Shown here: piece after piece, positions 1-19,448 of the stretch | Numbering within the stretch: position 1 is the stretch's first letter | How the letters are laid out: each line of letters opens with the position of its first letter | Assembly (NCBI RefSeq): GCF_000181795.1 | Contig: NW_003526944.1 | Span: 1,206,498 to 1,270,497 of the forward strand | Direction of reading: 5' to 3' | From: Trichinella spiralis | Taxonomy: Eukaryota | Length of the DNA: 64,000 nucleotides | Made by a program: the position numbers and the translations under genes | Notes under the pieces: generated by a model | What the model was told of the DNA's origin: nothing | Databases searched by the model: none | Seen by the model: the letters and a program-made list of their open reading frames with translations, nothing else

Positions 1-33
1 GCCGCGTTGTGCATGAGAAAACAGACATACAGG

Positions 34-59
34 TATATATATATATATATATATATATA
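34..59. repeat. (TA)n microsatellite
   Basis: Direct reading of the sequence. Confidence 0.95.
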
Positions 60-257
60 AGTGCTCACAAACCGCTATCTTTCTCTATAATGAGCAAAAC
101 AATAAATAAACTGGAGGCGAGCAAAAATTGTTGTTGTTTTTCAAATACACATTTCGTTTGGACGCAATCAGTATATAGTAGTTTTATAGTAGTAGATTTT
201 CTGCTTTTCTCCAGTTTAAGTGCAAAGAAAAAGTAGAATTGCTTTTTTTTTTTGAAA

Positions 258-6499
<6,242 letters not shown>

Positions 6500-8569
6500 C
6501 GTTGCAGAAGATTTATTAGAAAATAAAAAATGAAAACGGCTGTGTTCGGAAACCTCCGGTTTGGCAGCTTTTAAAGGCAAGTAGCATACCTAGAAACAAG
6601 CAGACGCCAATGCTTCTCTCGACCGACGTTGTCGTATTTTACAGGCGGCAATCGGTTAACAGTAAGATTGGCATATATTTACATTTTGTGAAAATTAAGT
6701 TCAATCACAATTTCTAAACTGATTTATCGATGCTTTGCGTTTGATTTGTCAATTTTGTTTCATTTTAAATTCAATTACTTATTTTAATAAATTTAAAATT
6801 ACTTTTATTTTTACATTTTGTTTCAATTTTTTCTATTAAGCGTGAAAAATTAATGAATCATCTTCAGATTAAATTTAAACATTGTTGTTTTTATGTTTTC
6901 TTTGAAATGCTTCATTTATGTAAATTTCAATGCCCATAATTGTAACAGGAAAATTGACCGTTTTTGATTATTACAATTTAAAGAAGCACGTGAACAGCTT
7001 GTGATTCGATGACAAATCACTTGTCATCTGTGATGTCTCTATTTTTCTTCAATTGTATTTTTTTTGTTTATTTTTGAAACTTGAACTGTTTTTTACTTTT
7101 AATACATACGCGTGGGTGTAAAATATGCAATTGATGTGCTTTATTTAGTTTTCTTTTAAATATTACAGATATTCATTGCAATTTTGTTTGTTTGAATGTT
7201 GTTTGCCATGTTCTATTAAAATGATCTATCGTCCATCTTTTGAATTCTGTTCCAATAAGTGACGGGTGAAAATTTGTCCACTAAAAGTCACATCATAATC
7301 TGTGGAAAAGAAGCAAATATATGATTAACTTGTCCATCTTGTTAAGATGATTGATGTTAAAGCTAACGTTGACACTTTTGCAATAGCATGCAGATTTTAG
7401 ATTATCTGTCATTTGAACCGAATAATCTTGAAATTTAGTGAATTGAAAGCGATAAATGTATACATTTTTTTACTTTTTTATAAAATTTTTTAACATTTGT
7501 AATTTTGAAAAAAATTGTTTTTTTTCATTTGCAAAATTTTTACTGAAAATAATCCGAACATATATTGTAAATGTATTTAATAATTTTTTTTTGACTTTGT
7601 GACTTTTAGTCATTTTGACTTTATTATTTTTTTCGTTCATACGGTAGAAATTGGAGAAAAAAAACATTCAATTGGACGAGCGCGGGAAGAAGTTGTTTAT
7701 GCAGTGGTGATTTTTTCATTGTTTTTCCGAACAGTACGCGATATTATAAATTTATATGTCAAGAGAAGATTATAATTTTTACGTCGGCGGTATGAAAATT
7801 TCAACGAAAAAAATAGTAAGTAAAAAAAAAATTTATTTATTGTCTAAAAATAGTTTGCAATTGAATTTGGCGTTTTGTTTCACAAGATTGTGATGCGTGA
7901 TTCAGTTTCATTATCGAAAAATTTTCCGTGCGTTGAAGTCAATTTTCGAGCACTAGTTGATGTAAATTTTTTTTCATCCTTTTCGTTCGGCCTTTTCATC
8001 TGCGTGGGTGGTTTGGTGTCGTTCATCTTATCATTTCTTCACAGGTCGTTTTGACCTGGTTAATTGTCAACCGATTTGTACAGTTCCATTTCATATTAAT
8101 AATGTTGTTGTTAATAATAATAATTATTATTATTATAATGGTCAAATTATCAATTGATTGACTGATTGATTGATCGATTAATTGATTTTCTCGCCTTTTC
8201 AACCGAGACAAAAATAATTCAAAAATCATCAAAAAAGAAGGAAAAAAATTTCGATCAAAATTATGAAGTTGAGGAAAGAGTTAGTTGTTGTTAATTGACG
8301 TGTCGAAAACCGGTTTTCGTTTGCAATTTCGAATACGAATACTGTCCGCCCTCGGCAGAGAGAAAATATCGATTTGAAATTTCGTGTCGATTTTCGCGAC
8401 GCACAAAAAAAAACACGACCGTCAAATGGAGACAATTTTATTTCAATTTCAAATTTCCGACAACGACAATAGTTTTTTTTTCAACGGAAAACGTTTTCCA
8501 TACTGTGGGTAAAAAAAATAAAGTTGCATATTCAAATATTTGAAAATGGTCGATTTTTTTTGATTTTCT

Positions 8570-11296
8570 TTATTCGTCAACCAATTCTATAAGATGCACG
8601 AATGAAGAGGCGGAAAAGGTGATGTTCAAATGGAGTAGACTTAGGATGGTTTTGTCGGGATCGATTTGAAAATGTTTCGAAGGCAGGCGTTGGCCGTCTA
8701 GGGTCGCCCCGGCCGGCAATCCGCCCTGGAGACCGAGCACGACCACTTTGTCCACAGTCAACTCGGTGTAATAGTGGACAGCGGTCAGTTGGAATTTTCT
8801 GGTTTCTTCGAATTTCAAATCGACCAACGTGTGCTTGTTCTCCACCACCGAATCGTAAGCTTCGCCGTCGTCCCAGAACAAATTTCCCACGGCTCTTTGC
8901 TCTTCGTCCAAACAAATCAGCAAGTTGATCGGATTCCGCCTCGACCAGTGGGTATTGTTCACCGGTATTTGCCATGGAATGATCGAACCGCCTTTGAAAA
9001 ACAACCCAATATTCTGCTTGCCGATGTATACGGTTCGATTTCGATATTCGCTTCCGATTTCGATTTTCACTTCTTCCAACGAGGTGAGATTGTACCAGCG
9101 TCCGGCCGGAAAATACGCTTCTCTCAGTGTACTGTACGGTTCCAGTATGGGTACGATCATCAGACTGGATCCCCAGAGAAATTGATCGTCAATTGTACGG
9201 GCAGTTTTGTCGGCCGGATATTCGAAAAACAACGGTCTGACAACGGTGGCGCCGACAAAGTGAGCCCAAAAGAACAACGTGTACAAATAGGGTAGTAGAC
9301 TGTAGCGGAGCAGGAGCACTTTGCGAATTGCTGCCGTCGTTTCCGGCGACCACGAAGCCGGATCTTGATCCACGTCGCTGTTGTCGGTGTTGTGATTGCG
9401 GCTGAACGGATAGAACGCTCCCAATTGGGACCATCTCAAGCAGAGCTCTTCGTCGGCGTTGCCGTTGAAACCGCATATATCCGATCCGGTCATCGGTATG
9501 CCGAACAGTTGAAATTCGAGCATGTTGATAATCGACCAACGCATGTGTGACCATTGGCTCCAATTGTCGCCCGACCAGTGATTGGCAAATTGACCCGATC
9601 CTGAGAAAGTGGAACGGCTCAAAATGAACGGCCTTTTGCCTGGGATGATGTTCGACAACGCCGTGTGCGTGACTATGGATTCGGACAAGCCGTAAATGTT
9701 GTGCAAATGGTAATGCTTGCCGAGGTACTGGTCGGCATCCATGCAAATTGTTTTCTCCAATATATTGCCCGCCGCCGGATTGTACGGCGGTTGGTTGAGT
9801 TTGTTCTGCGTGCATCCGCTTGTGGAACCGTCGACAAAATTTGCCGGCTCGTTCATGTCGATCCAAATTCCGTCGAACGACACTGTCTTGTGGAGGCGTT
9901 TCAAAAAATACGTCCAATAAGTGACCGTGTCGGGATTTGTAAAATCTGGCCAGTAGGTTTTGCCGGGCCACACGACACCTTCCAACGGTTGTCCGGTATT
10001 TGCATCTTTGATGAAAATGTCCATTTTCAGACCATGTTCGACAGGTTCGTACGGTTGTTCGGGTTGACTTGGAATGCCGGGGTCGATTATTGGTATTAAT
10101 TTCATTTGATATTGTTGGTGGAGTTGATCGACGAAATTGTTCAAATTTTTGAAATTATCATCATCGACGACAAAATCCATACGATTTTTCATATAATCAA
10201 TGTCCAAAAATTGACCATCTTGCGGAATGTTGGCGTTGCGATTGCGTTCGACAACTTCGGCAAGCATGGTTAAATTTTTATAACCGAAACGACTGAGGTG
10301 AAATCCCAACGACCAGTAGGGTGGAAAGTTGGGATTGCCGACCAGTGTCAAATATTGGCTGACCACTTGGGCAGGAGTTGGACCGAGCATGACGAATAAT
10401 TGCAACGGTCCGCCAATGGTGCGGAACGTCACGACCGACGGGTCCGGTTGCAAGGTGACGTCCATGGCGTGCGTGTTGAAAATGAACACACCGTGGGCGT
10501 TGCCTTCTTCGTCTTCCATGCACAAATAGAACGGATGCACACCGTACAAATTTGACGGACCGCCTTCGGGCGGATGGTCGCGCGCCATCATTGTCCACCG
10601 GCGCCATTGGAAATTGTGCTTCAACTGTTCGTGGACATTTTCACCCAAACCGTACAGATCTTCGGATGGAACTTTGAACGCCAATTGGGAATATTGTTCG
10701 GCTAACGTGAAGCCGGGCAAATTTCTCGAATCAACCAACACTCGGCCAGTTTTGTTTCGAACAACTGCAAAACCGAACGGATCTTGATCCAAATAGAGCC
10801 TGTACAATGGATCGACGGGAGCTTTGTTCGAGACCGCTTGTCGAAAATTGTTCAAAGCCGTATCCAAGTGAACATGATGAACATGGTGACCAGCAGCATC
10901 GACGCTGTGATTAGAAGTGAATGTGATGCTGATGATCGAATCGGACAACGATTCCACTTTCATCAGTGCTTGGTGAAAATCGTCACCGAAAAGCGTGGGC
11001 GTTGGTTTGCGTTTCAAATTGGCTACAAAATACGGCGCCACTGTTTCAGTGAAATGGTCGTTCGAGGTGATTTCGTAGCCGGCAAAGTGGGGATCTTGTG
11101 GATTGTCGAAAAATCGACACCAAGGTACGTTTGGCTCAGAGCTCGCCTGCCAGACGCATCCGCGACTTTGGCACTGTTCCATCGTGGCCATCGGATCCGG
11201 ATGGCAGTCGAGAATTATGCTGCCATTCAAAATCGGGATCGTTTGGCAAAGTAGCACAAGAAGAAAGCAGTCGGTGATCAGAGCAACTTTGCACAT
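8570..11296 (-). CDS. Secreted/lysosomal GH31 alpha-glucosidase (GAA/maltase-glucoamylase-like) with N-terminal trefoil domain; single exon
   Basis: Uninterrupted ORF (8570..11368; likely ATG at 11296, MCKVALITDCFLLVLLC signal peptide). It has a P-type trefoil (DCHPDPMATMEQCQSRGCVW..VPWC), LYGVHPFY, PPYWSLGFHLSRFGY, the nucleophile motif GIWIDMNEP, the acid/base motif HWSGDN, and CLRWSQLGAFYPFSRNHN. Confidence 0.93.
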   Translation of the reverse strand: MCKVALITDCFLLVLLCQTIPILNGSIILDCHPDPMATMEQCQSRGCVWQASSEPNVPWCRFFDNPQDPHFAGYEITSNDHFTETVAPYFVANLKRKPTPTLFGDDFHQALMKVESLSDSIISITFTSNHSVDAAGHHVHHVHLDTALNNFRQAVSNKAPVDPLYRLYLDQDPFGFAVVRNKTGRVLVDSRNLPGFTLAEQYSQLAFKVPSEDLYGLGENVHEQLKHNFQWRRWTMMARDHPPEGGPSNLYGVHPFYLCMEDEEGNAHGVFIFNTHAMDVTLQPDPSVVTFRTIGGPLQLFVMLGPTPAQVVSQYLTLVGNPNFPPYWSLGFHLSRFGYKNLTMLAEVVERNRNANIPQDGQFLDIDYMKNRMDFVVDDDNFKNLNNFVDQLHQQYQMKLIPIIDPGIPSQPEQPYEPVEHGLKMDIFIKDANTGQPLEGVVWPGKTYWPDFTNPDTVTYWTYFLKRLHKTVSFDGIWIDMNEPANFVDGSTSGCTQNKLNQPPYNPAAGNILEKTICMDADQYLGKHYHLHNIYGLSESIVTHTALSNIIPGKRPFILSRSTFSGSGQFANHWSGDNWSQWSHMRWSIINMLEFQLFGIPMTGSDICGFNGNADEELCLRWSQLGAFYPFSRNHNTDNSDVDQDPASWSPETTAAIRKVLLLRYSLLPYLYTLFFWAHFVGATVVRPLFFEYPADKTARTIDDQFLWGSSLMIVPILEPYSTLREAYFPAGRWYNLTSLEEVKIEIGSEYRNRTVYIGKQNIGLFFKGGSIIPWQIPVNNTHWSRRNPINLLICLDEEQRAVGNLFWDDGEAYDSVVENKHTLVDLKFEETRKFQLTAVHYYTELTVDKVVVLGLQGGLPAGATLDGQRLPSKHFQIDPDKTILSLLHLNITFSASSFVHLIELVDE

Positions 11297-13988
11297 TTTT
11301 TCAAAGATGATGATGATGATGCACACTGGAATGAAGCTTGTCGAACACTGGCGACAAATTAACTGCAACTATATACCAATAGTTCACTAGTTATCTGATA
11401 GGCTAATTTGACGACGTTCTTCTGTCCCCTATTGGAATTTTTCTACTGTTGTGGTGTTGTTTGCCAGCAAGGCAGGCAGGCAATGACAAACGATAAGCTT
11501 CTTGTTTTTTTTTCTTCACACACACACACACAATAAGTGGGAAGATGGTTTGTTAGCTATATATATATATAATGTGTTCTGTACTTTGTGGGAAAGTTGA
11601 TGTACAATTGTAGTATAAAGCCGGGCGATCAGTTATCGAAAATGATTTTTCAATACGATACAATTAGCCATATAATAATAATAAAGCGACCAGTTTGTTC
11701 GATCCTTTTCACCATGACGTCATCTCTCATCGTTGACATCTTCTTCTAGCTGTGACGTGGACAAAATTCTCTTCTTGCACAAATTTCTGGTAGCATTTAT
11801 GCAAAAAAAACAAAGAAGAGGAAAAAAAACTTTCTCTTTCTCTCTTCTCTAAAAAGAATAAGCAAAGTTTAATGTCTGTTTGTTTTTTGTTTTTAAGTTT
11901 CAGTTATGAATGATTTTTTAAAAAAAAGCGCAAACGTCGTCGTAACAGTAGTAGTTTTATGTAAATTTTTTTTCACCTGATAGATGGTGTTTATCGAAAC
12001 GAGCGACGAAAATCAAAAAATAAAAAAAAACAAGGCGTGTAACAAATTTTTGTTCCATTTTGTTTACAATGTTCGAAATGGATTATTTATAACCAAAAAT
12101 GCGTTGTATCAACATATTTTTTTTTGCTCCTGTGTGTTAATTTGTATTTTGTCAGTGGGAAAAAAACGTGCGATTTATAATTTATAAAAATTAATATTAT
12201 TAATAATAGAAATTGTTGATTTTATACGATTATTAATTATTACGCGTTGCGTGCTATTTCACTCAGTAGAGCGAAATAGTTTTGGTTTTTTTTTTGTCCA
12301 ACTGGTTCCCTGTTCGAGCAACGTGAAATTGTGAAGCAAAAGCTAAGGGAAAAAAATGAAATTTTCACCGATCAATAAATAAATAAATAAATAAATAAAT
12401 TTGAAAATTGACGCGAAAAATATTTTCCACTATCTGTGTAAGGTATGCGTTATCGCATGTTGCAGAATGAAGAATGCGAAATGTCAGGCATGTTATCTGT
12501 GCACTTGTGAACAATAATTTCCACAATAGTTGTTGATGAATTTAACGCAACCCACTTTGCTGATGATTATGCAGATTTTTAAAAATTTAAAAATATTTTT
12601 CATCTCATGTATAAACAATAATAATTTGAATTTCAATTTTCCTATCCGACGTGAAATACTACTTACTACTGGCCGGCTGGCTGGCTGGCATCGACATTGA
12701 CATGTCCGAAGTCCACCAATGGAAAATGTTCACAAAGTAAATAGCTGAGAATTGCCCGTAAGCTTTATGGTCAACAAATCCGTCAAACAAAAGTAAATGT
12801 TAATAAAACGGACGAAAAAAGCAACTAAAAGCGAAAGTGAACATTCACTGCACACGATTTTTTTTTCTGCATTATGTATATTATTATTATTATTATTATT
12901 ATTATCAAAACATGCAGAAATTAATAATACTCACTTGAAGTTGAAATCAACTGAAACAGGAACTATTTTATCGTTGCTGTTGTTGTTGTTGTTGTTGTTG
13001 TTAATCAAGTTCACAGAATGTAATCGATTTTATTTCCATTTAATTCGTTACTTATTATTATTACTGTAGCTTGAATTTAAATGAGACAAAAAAAATACAG
13101 GTCAACTGCCAGTGTTATATATACCTTTTTCTGATGAAATTGATTATGTGTTAAATCAATTTTACTTCGAAAAATACTACTGCTACCCAATTAATTGAAA
13201 ATGCCATTTGTTCAACTGATACTTTTATTCCACTCCAACTGGTACTACATTAATTTTGCCGGCCAAAGATGTGCAGATAAATATAACAACCAAGTTGTAC
13301 TTCTTCTCTTTACTTTTTCCTTTTTTTTCTCGGTCAAGGTAGTCATTTACCGTCCAATAAATAATATTGAAACTATTTTTCATTTATATTCACTGCACTG
13401 CTGCTGCTGCTGCACGTTGACTATTATATAAAAGAATTTTAAACTTGACAACGCGCATCTGATTGATACAAACTGAACTGATCATTTCTGATGATGATCG
13501 GTGCGAAATTTAAAATAATAAATTGATTGTCCAAACACATCAATAAATAGAATCTACTTGTAGAATTGCTTTTCTTTTAAATATTTTTTTTTCTTTTTTT
13601 TTCTTAAATTTATTTAGGCTTCTTATTTTTTTACATTTTTAAAAATTATAATAATGAAAAATTGAATAAAATTTTACAATTATACAAGACAAAGAAATTT
13701 CACACCCTTTACTAATGGTTTAGTAAAACTTTTGCATAAATTACTAATAAATTTATTAATTTCTTATTTTTAATCACTTTTTATTCATTCATTCGAACAT
13801 TTATAAATGCAACTTATTTTTTGTCAATTTTGTATTTCATAATTATTTGATCAATCTTGAAATTTAGAACTTTCCAAGGGGTACTGTAGAAAAGGGAAAT
13901 TTTGAAACGGTGTGCGCATTGATGGAATTTCGTTCAATTGACATTTGAGCAGCGTTTCAGTTCAACTGCGGATGTTGAATGATGAACG

Positions 13989-16167
13989 ATGGCATTGTTC
14001 TCTTGTATGAATGTTGAACCTTTGCACAAATATTGCCAAATCACCAAATTTGCCAACAAAGAAGATTACATCGTAAGCAAATTTCCATTCTTATCACTTT
14101 TTAAATCTGTTCTTTGATCATTCAACAATAGCCAACAGCAGTTTTTTTATTTTAAATATTATTTAAACATCCAGATAGCCTTGCTGTTGCTTGCAGTCGA
14201 ATTGTACTATCCGATTTATTTGCATAGTTTGTATTGTTTTAATTTTTTTATAATAACAAATTTGTGCAGGTGTACACAGTTCGTGTTAATGTTGAAGATG
14301 TGTCTTGGACTTTGGACCGTCGCTACAGTGAATTCGATGCTTTCGATCGTGCACATGTGAAATTTCCAGGATTTCCGAGTCTTCCACCGAAAAAAGTGAT
14401 CGGCAATCAAGATGTCAATTTTCTCAATCAACGGAAAGTGCAACTTGAAAAGTACATCAATTCAGTGTTCATTTTCGACTGCATGGAACAAAAAGCCAAA
14501 GGACTGGCATCCCTGCCTCGTCTGATTGCATCCTTTTTGCACTTCAATCGATACGTAAGATCTTTTTCATCCAGATCCAGATCCAGATACAAGTGTAGTA
14601 GCATTTTCGAGCACCGTATTGGATTTTAGTTTTTTTTCACTTAAAGTATGACTTCTTTTTTCAGGAAATACATTCAATTATTGATGAAATTGCCATCGTT
14701 CACGTTGGGTCCGATAAAAGTAGTGATTCTTTTTTTGAATTTTCTACACTCGAATTGCATGCCGTGACCGAGCGTTTCAAAATGGCCGGCTCATCTTTTG
14801 GCTGTTCTCCTGATTTTCGTTTCGACTTTGGTCAAGTAGCGGAATTTATTGCTAATGTTAAAAAATTGAAAGTATATTTTTCTTTTTTAATTTAATACTA
14901 TTGAAATATAGTGAAATTCAAGTTCAAACAGTTCCATTTAGATTTCTGGAAACAAATGCACCGGAACCAGTGATATTCGACTAGACTCGCTTAGGTTCGA
15001 TTTGATGCACTTCAAATCGTTGGAACATTTATGGGTATGTGAAGTTGAAATGTTATTTTAATATTTTGTTTTCTTTTTCTCTCTGGACAAATTTCTTGAT
15101 TTATCCTTTTCAGATTTGTTATTGTGACGCGTCCAATATTTCGGGTATGGAATATATTGCGGCAAATCTTTCTTCATTGACTGTTCACAATACGTTGGAT
15201 AGAATTTCGGTCAGTTTTGAAAATTATTTCCATTTTTCATAATTGAAACTGACTGATGATCGTTCTGTTTCAGGAACTACTTTCCCAATGCGGAGTGGAC
15301 GAAGAACGTTGTGAAAATTTGATCCCATGGCCCAAAGTGAAATCTGTCGATTTCTCTTTCAACAATTTGTGCCATATCGATGCGTCCATAGTATTTTTGC
15401 TAGCTAGCTTTTTCTTCTTTTCGTTGGCCAATTGTACTTGTACACTTTTTAATCGAAGATTTTCAGACGGCGCTGCGTTATGTCCACTTTTTGGATTTGG
15501 CCTGCAATTGCCTTACGGATATATGCAATTTGCAGCATTTGCCTTATCTTCGAGAATTGAATCTTTCCAACAATAGAATTGAAAAGATCGACGATTGGCA
15601 CTTGAAACTGGGAAATGTGAAAAAAATATGGCTAGTAAATAATAGAATCAAACAACTGAAAGGTGTGATGTATTGGAAATTGAAGTTTCTCATGTTGTGA
15701 ATTTGACAATTTTTTCAGGACTCGCAAAATTGTATTCTTTGGAATTTTTGGATCTCAGGGACAATCAACTGTCCCAGATTGGTCACATTTGGCCACTCGG
15801 TCAGTTGCCGTGTCTTCACGAATTGTTGGTCAGCGGTAATACAGCCGAAAATATGGTCGACTACAGGACTCGAATTTTGGAAGCATTCGGCAGTCGAGCC
15901 AACGAACTGCGTTTGGATAACGAATATCCCACCCAACGTGAACTGGACACTGTGGCCGTTCGACTGGCCATTCGTGAAGCGAAAGAGGACCGTCGACGCC
16001 AGCTGCTCAAAGTTACCGAGCAGATCAGTCGTGAGCTGAATTTAGCCGAAGCCGAAGTGTTGAACATCAGCAAACAAGCCGGTTCATCTGCTTACTCGGA
16101 ACCGAAACGAACAGTAAAAGCAGACTTTGGCCAAAGTAGCACAATGAAAAATAATAACACTGACTGA
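13989..16167 (+). CDS. Nischarin-like protein (PX domain + leucine-rich repeats + coiled coil), about 8 exons
   Basis: ATG at 13989 follows a TTTCAG. The PX exon reads VYTVRVNVEDVSWTLDRRYSEFDAF..LPPKKVIGNQ..FLNQRKVQLEKY. LRR exons read VDFSFNNL, LDLACNCL, LNLSNNRI and LEFLDLRDNQL. The C-terminal LDNEYPTQRELDTVAVRLAI is typical of nischarin. Confidence 0.85.
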
Positions 16168-17295
16168 CCGACTCTACCCATTCAATCCAGTGATATTTGG
16201 TTTGTTTTTTTTCAGTTTTTTGTTCAAAGTTTTTTTCTTTTGAAAATATTGTAATAAATGATTTTTTCAAAACTGCAACAACTGCAGCAGCATTTCTTTG
16301 AACAACAACAATTGGCCAATCAATTTTCGTTTTCGAGTTGTTATAGTAGCAATTGTCAACTAAATTTCTAAACTTTGACGAGGTAAATTTTCAAATATTT
16401 TGCTCACATGAAAAAACAAAATGCGTAAAATTTGCAACAGAAGCCAAATTGTGAATACAATTTCCAATTCAAAATAGACCACTTCATATTGATCTGTTGT
16501 GAAAATGGAAATTAATTCAAACAATCATCGTTGAGAATGTTTTATTGGAAAGTTTAAATTTAAAAATTTGATAATCGCTTTTTATTAAATTTCTAAATAA
16601 AGTAATACACTTCTAATGGATAAAATAAATTCAAATGTTTGAACTTGATTTTAAAAAATGTAGATTAATGACAATCAGGTACATTGAGGTCAACCTTTGA
16701 ATTGTTTGCATATCTTGTGTTTTGATCAGAAGAAAGGAATAATAATTTGGGTAGCTAATTTTTACTTCAATTATGTATTAAACTGCTTTATTTTAATACG
16801 GAAAGTAGTGCGCTGACCGTAATTATGTTTTTTTATCACTGTCCGTTTAACTGCCCATGGACATCTGATGTCACAGTGTTCATCTGATGCTTTTTGAATT
16901 GTCCAATTGACCTCATATCGTCTATCATATCTCGCCTTAGATCTTCAATGTTTGCGTCCTGTGACCGTCTTTTTTATTCTATACATTTTTAATATTTTGT
17001 GCAATATTTTTGAAAATACAAATCAATGCTTGTGTCCATTTAATACAAGATGTTCGAGTGGTTTTCTTTTGTGATGTTGATTTTCTATTCAAACATGAAC
17101 TTTCATGTTATTATACTTGTGTTACGCTTTCACACTTGACAGCTAATTTCATAAAATTGAATGCACACTTTTAATGAACTGTACAACTTTTTTCGATTTT
17201 GTGCAACATTTGATTTGCGCTGTGACAATCACATCATTCATGCTCATCGTTTCAAATTTTAGAAGAATAATTGTGGATAATTTGGCAACAGATTT

Positions 17296-18259
17296 ATGAT
17301 TCGCCGTTCGACGAGGGTAATTAATAATGACATTCATTTGTGCTATTTACCTAGTAGTAATCGTATTGTAAATATTTCTTGAATATTGAAAACTTCTTAT
17401 CTGACATAAATATGACTTAATTTGCATAAATATTATTAAATGAATGAACCAATTATTGGTAACAAATTAAAATTTTATTCATCGCAAGTACTTGTATTTG
17501 AAATATTTTAAATTAAGAACATCTAGTTGAAGGAAATGAGAAGAAAAGAAGCTGAAGAGCGGCTTAAAATGGAAAAGATTAAGAAAGCTGCAGGGGACAA
17601 GAGTCCCAAAAGCAAAGCATCCTCAAAAAACACCTCGGAAAAGTCGGGTAGCGATAATTCAATTTGTTTTGTATTCATTGTTTCATATTCATTTTTTATT
17701 CATTCATTTAAAGAAAAGAACACTAAAAGAAAGAGCAAAAGTAGAAGCAGGTCGAGATCTCGTTCCAGATCCAGAGATAGGTCTCAGAATTCAAGTAAAA
17801 AAATGGATAAAAGCGACACCAAGTACAACAGTGGTATGATATCGCGAGAAATATCAGAGCATGAATCTAAATCTCCCCTCAAATCAGCTGCTGGTCAGCA
17901 GAGGGTTTTAGATGCACCTTTGCCTACGACGACTGTGCAACGGAGATCTCGTGAATGAATTTTTGCTTTCATGTGTAAAATTTGAAATTTACAATTAATA
18001 CAATTCAGGTGCTGTATATGGAAGAAAGCCTGATCTTGATGAAGCAGATTATCCGTTTGGAAGGATAGAACATACACCATCCAGTGCTGTTTCGTCCGAT
18101 CTTTTTCCAACTAATGAAAAGAAAAAATGTCCCAGAAATTATTGCATGTATGCATTATTCTTTATCATATGTTGTATTGTAGCGTTAGCTGTGGCGATTT
18201 ATACTTTTCCAAGTTGTCCTTTCTATAACCGTGTTTTATCTTATTTGTCTTTTGAATAA
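17296..18259 (+). CDS. Uncharacterised 209-aa basic, RS-dipeptide-rich protein with a C-terminal transmembrane anchor (4 exons)
   Basis: Exons 17296-17316, 17527-17647, 17714-17950 and 18009-18259 join with GT-AG and consistent phases into 630 nt: MIRRSTR|LKEMRRKEAEERLK..RSRSRSRSRSRDRS..CMYALFFIICCIVALAVAIYTFPSCPFYNRVLSYLSFE*. Confidence 0.7.
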
Positions 18260-18312
18260 CATTCTGTTTTTGCACGGCATTATATTTATTCTTTTTAACT
18301 TTTATAACCACA

Positions 18313-18343
<31 letters not shown>

Positions 18344-19448
18344 ATCATATCTGAATTTATGATGCATACTTTTTACTTTAGTTTAGTTATTACAGTTATT
18401 ACTCTATGAGAATTGTTATTCTATAAGCATATTGTTGATGATTGTATTGTATGATCGATGATGTATCATTAAGTAAATTAATGACTATCTTAATTCACGA
18501 TGCATGAATAGAACATTGACAAAAAAAACTGAAATTTAAATTTCTACAAAAAGTTTTTTGTTCAACCGTTTAATAAAACTTTTCTTGTCACTCAGCACAA
18601 CACAGACAATGTTAACATTGAAGAAGTTAATTTTTCAATATTTGGGAAAATTTTTACGTTGCTTTTGGTGCACTTACAACACTGCTGTTCAGCTTGCCGC
18701 TACAATAAATGAAAATTTTCAGTATATAGCTTATGATTTTCAGGTTCATATTAATAATAAATGACAATGGTTGATTAGCACAACGCAAAACATGAGATAT
18801 TTTTAAAATTCTTACATACAACTTAAGGACAAATGTATTTTATAAATAAAACTTCCAATTTACACACCTTTAACATTTTCAAAGTGAACCATTGCTGTTA
18901 CTATTTTTTTCAATAGTTTTATTTTAAACATGTTTGAATATCAAATGTGATATAATGAAAACTGTAAATTACTTATTGTACTACGCATTTTTAACATAAT
19001 GTAAAATGACGCGTTTTTTAAAGTATCTTAAAAGAAAATCAGGTTTTATTAGAGCAATTTTTGAATTTTGTTTAAAAATGAGAACATTTTTCTGGTAACA
19101 AATGATAAATAAATTTAAGAAAATTCAAAAAAGAAAATTTTTAATGAAACCATTTAATTAAATTTAATAATTACCTATGCTTAAAAACACTATATTACTT
19201 TTTGCACCTGTGATACTGTAACTTTATCGCAAGTCTTTGTTTTTTTCACGTTAGGACTGCAATGTCCAATGTTTAAGTTGCTTTGAAAGAAAATGCATAA
19301 ATTCAAATTACTTTCAAAGTTTTGCTTGACTGATCGTTTGTTCAGGAATTTTGCGTTTTCAGTTTGTTTGTGCTCGTGTTCTACTTTGATTGTATTCAGG
19401 CACTTAATATTTTTTTTATTTTCTAGCACAGTTTGACCGTTTGAAATT

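Noticed and set aside
7679..7690. E2F-like GCGCGGGAA motif upstream of mig-15
   Set aside because: It is a single imperfect short match with no supporting evidence.
8570..11296. Bacterial horizontal transfer as the origin of the intronless GH31 gene
   Set aside because: The trefoil domain and GAA/MGAM-like motifs point to an animal-type enzyme.
8577..11390. Multiple overlapping ORFs (e.g. 9189..9971, 8774..9295, 10784..11254)
   Set aside because: They are alternative-frame or antisense shadows of the GH31 CDS.
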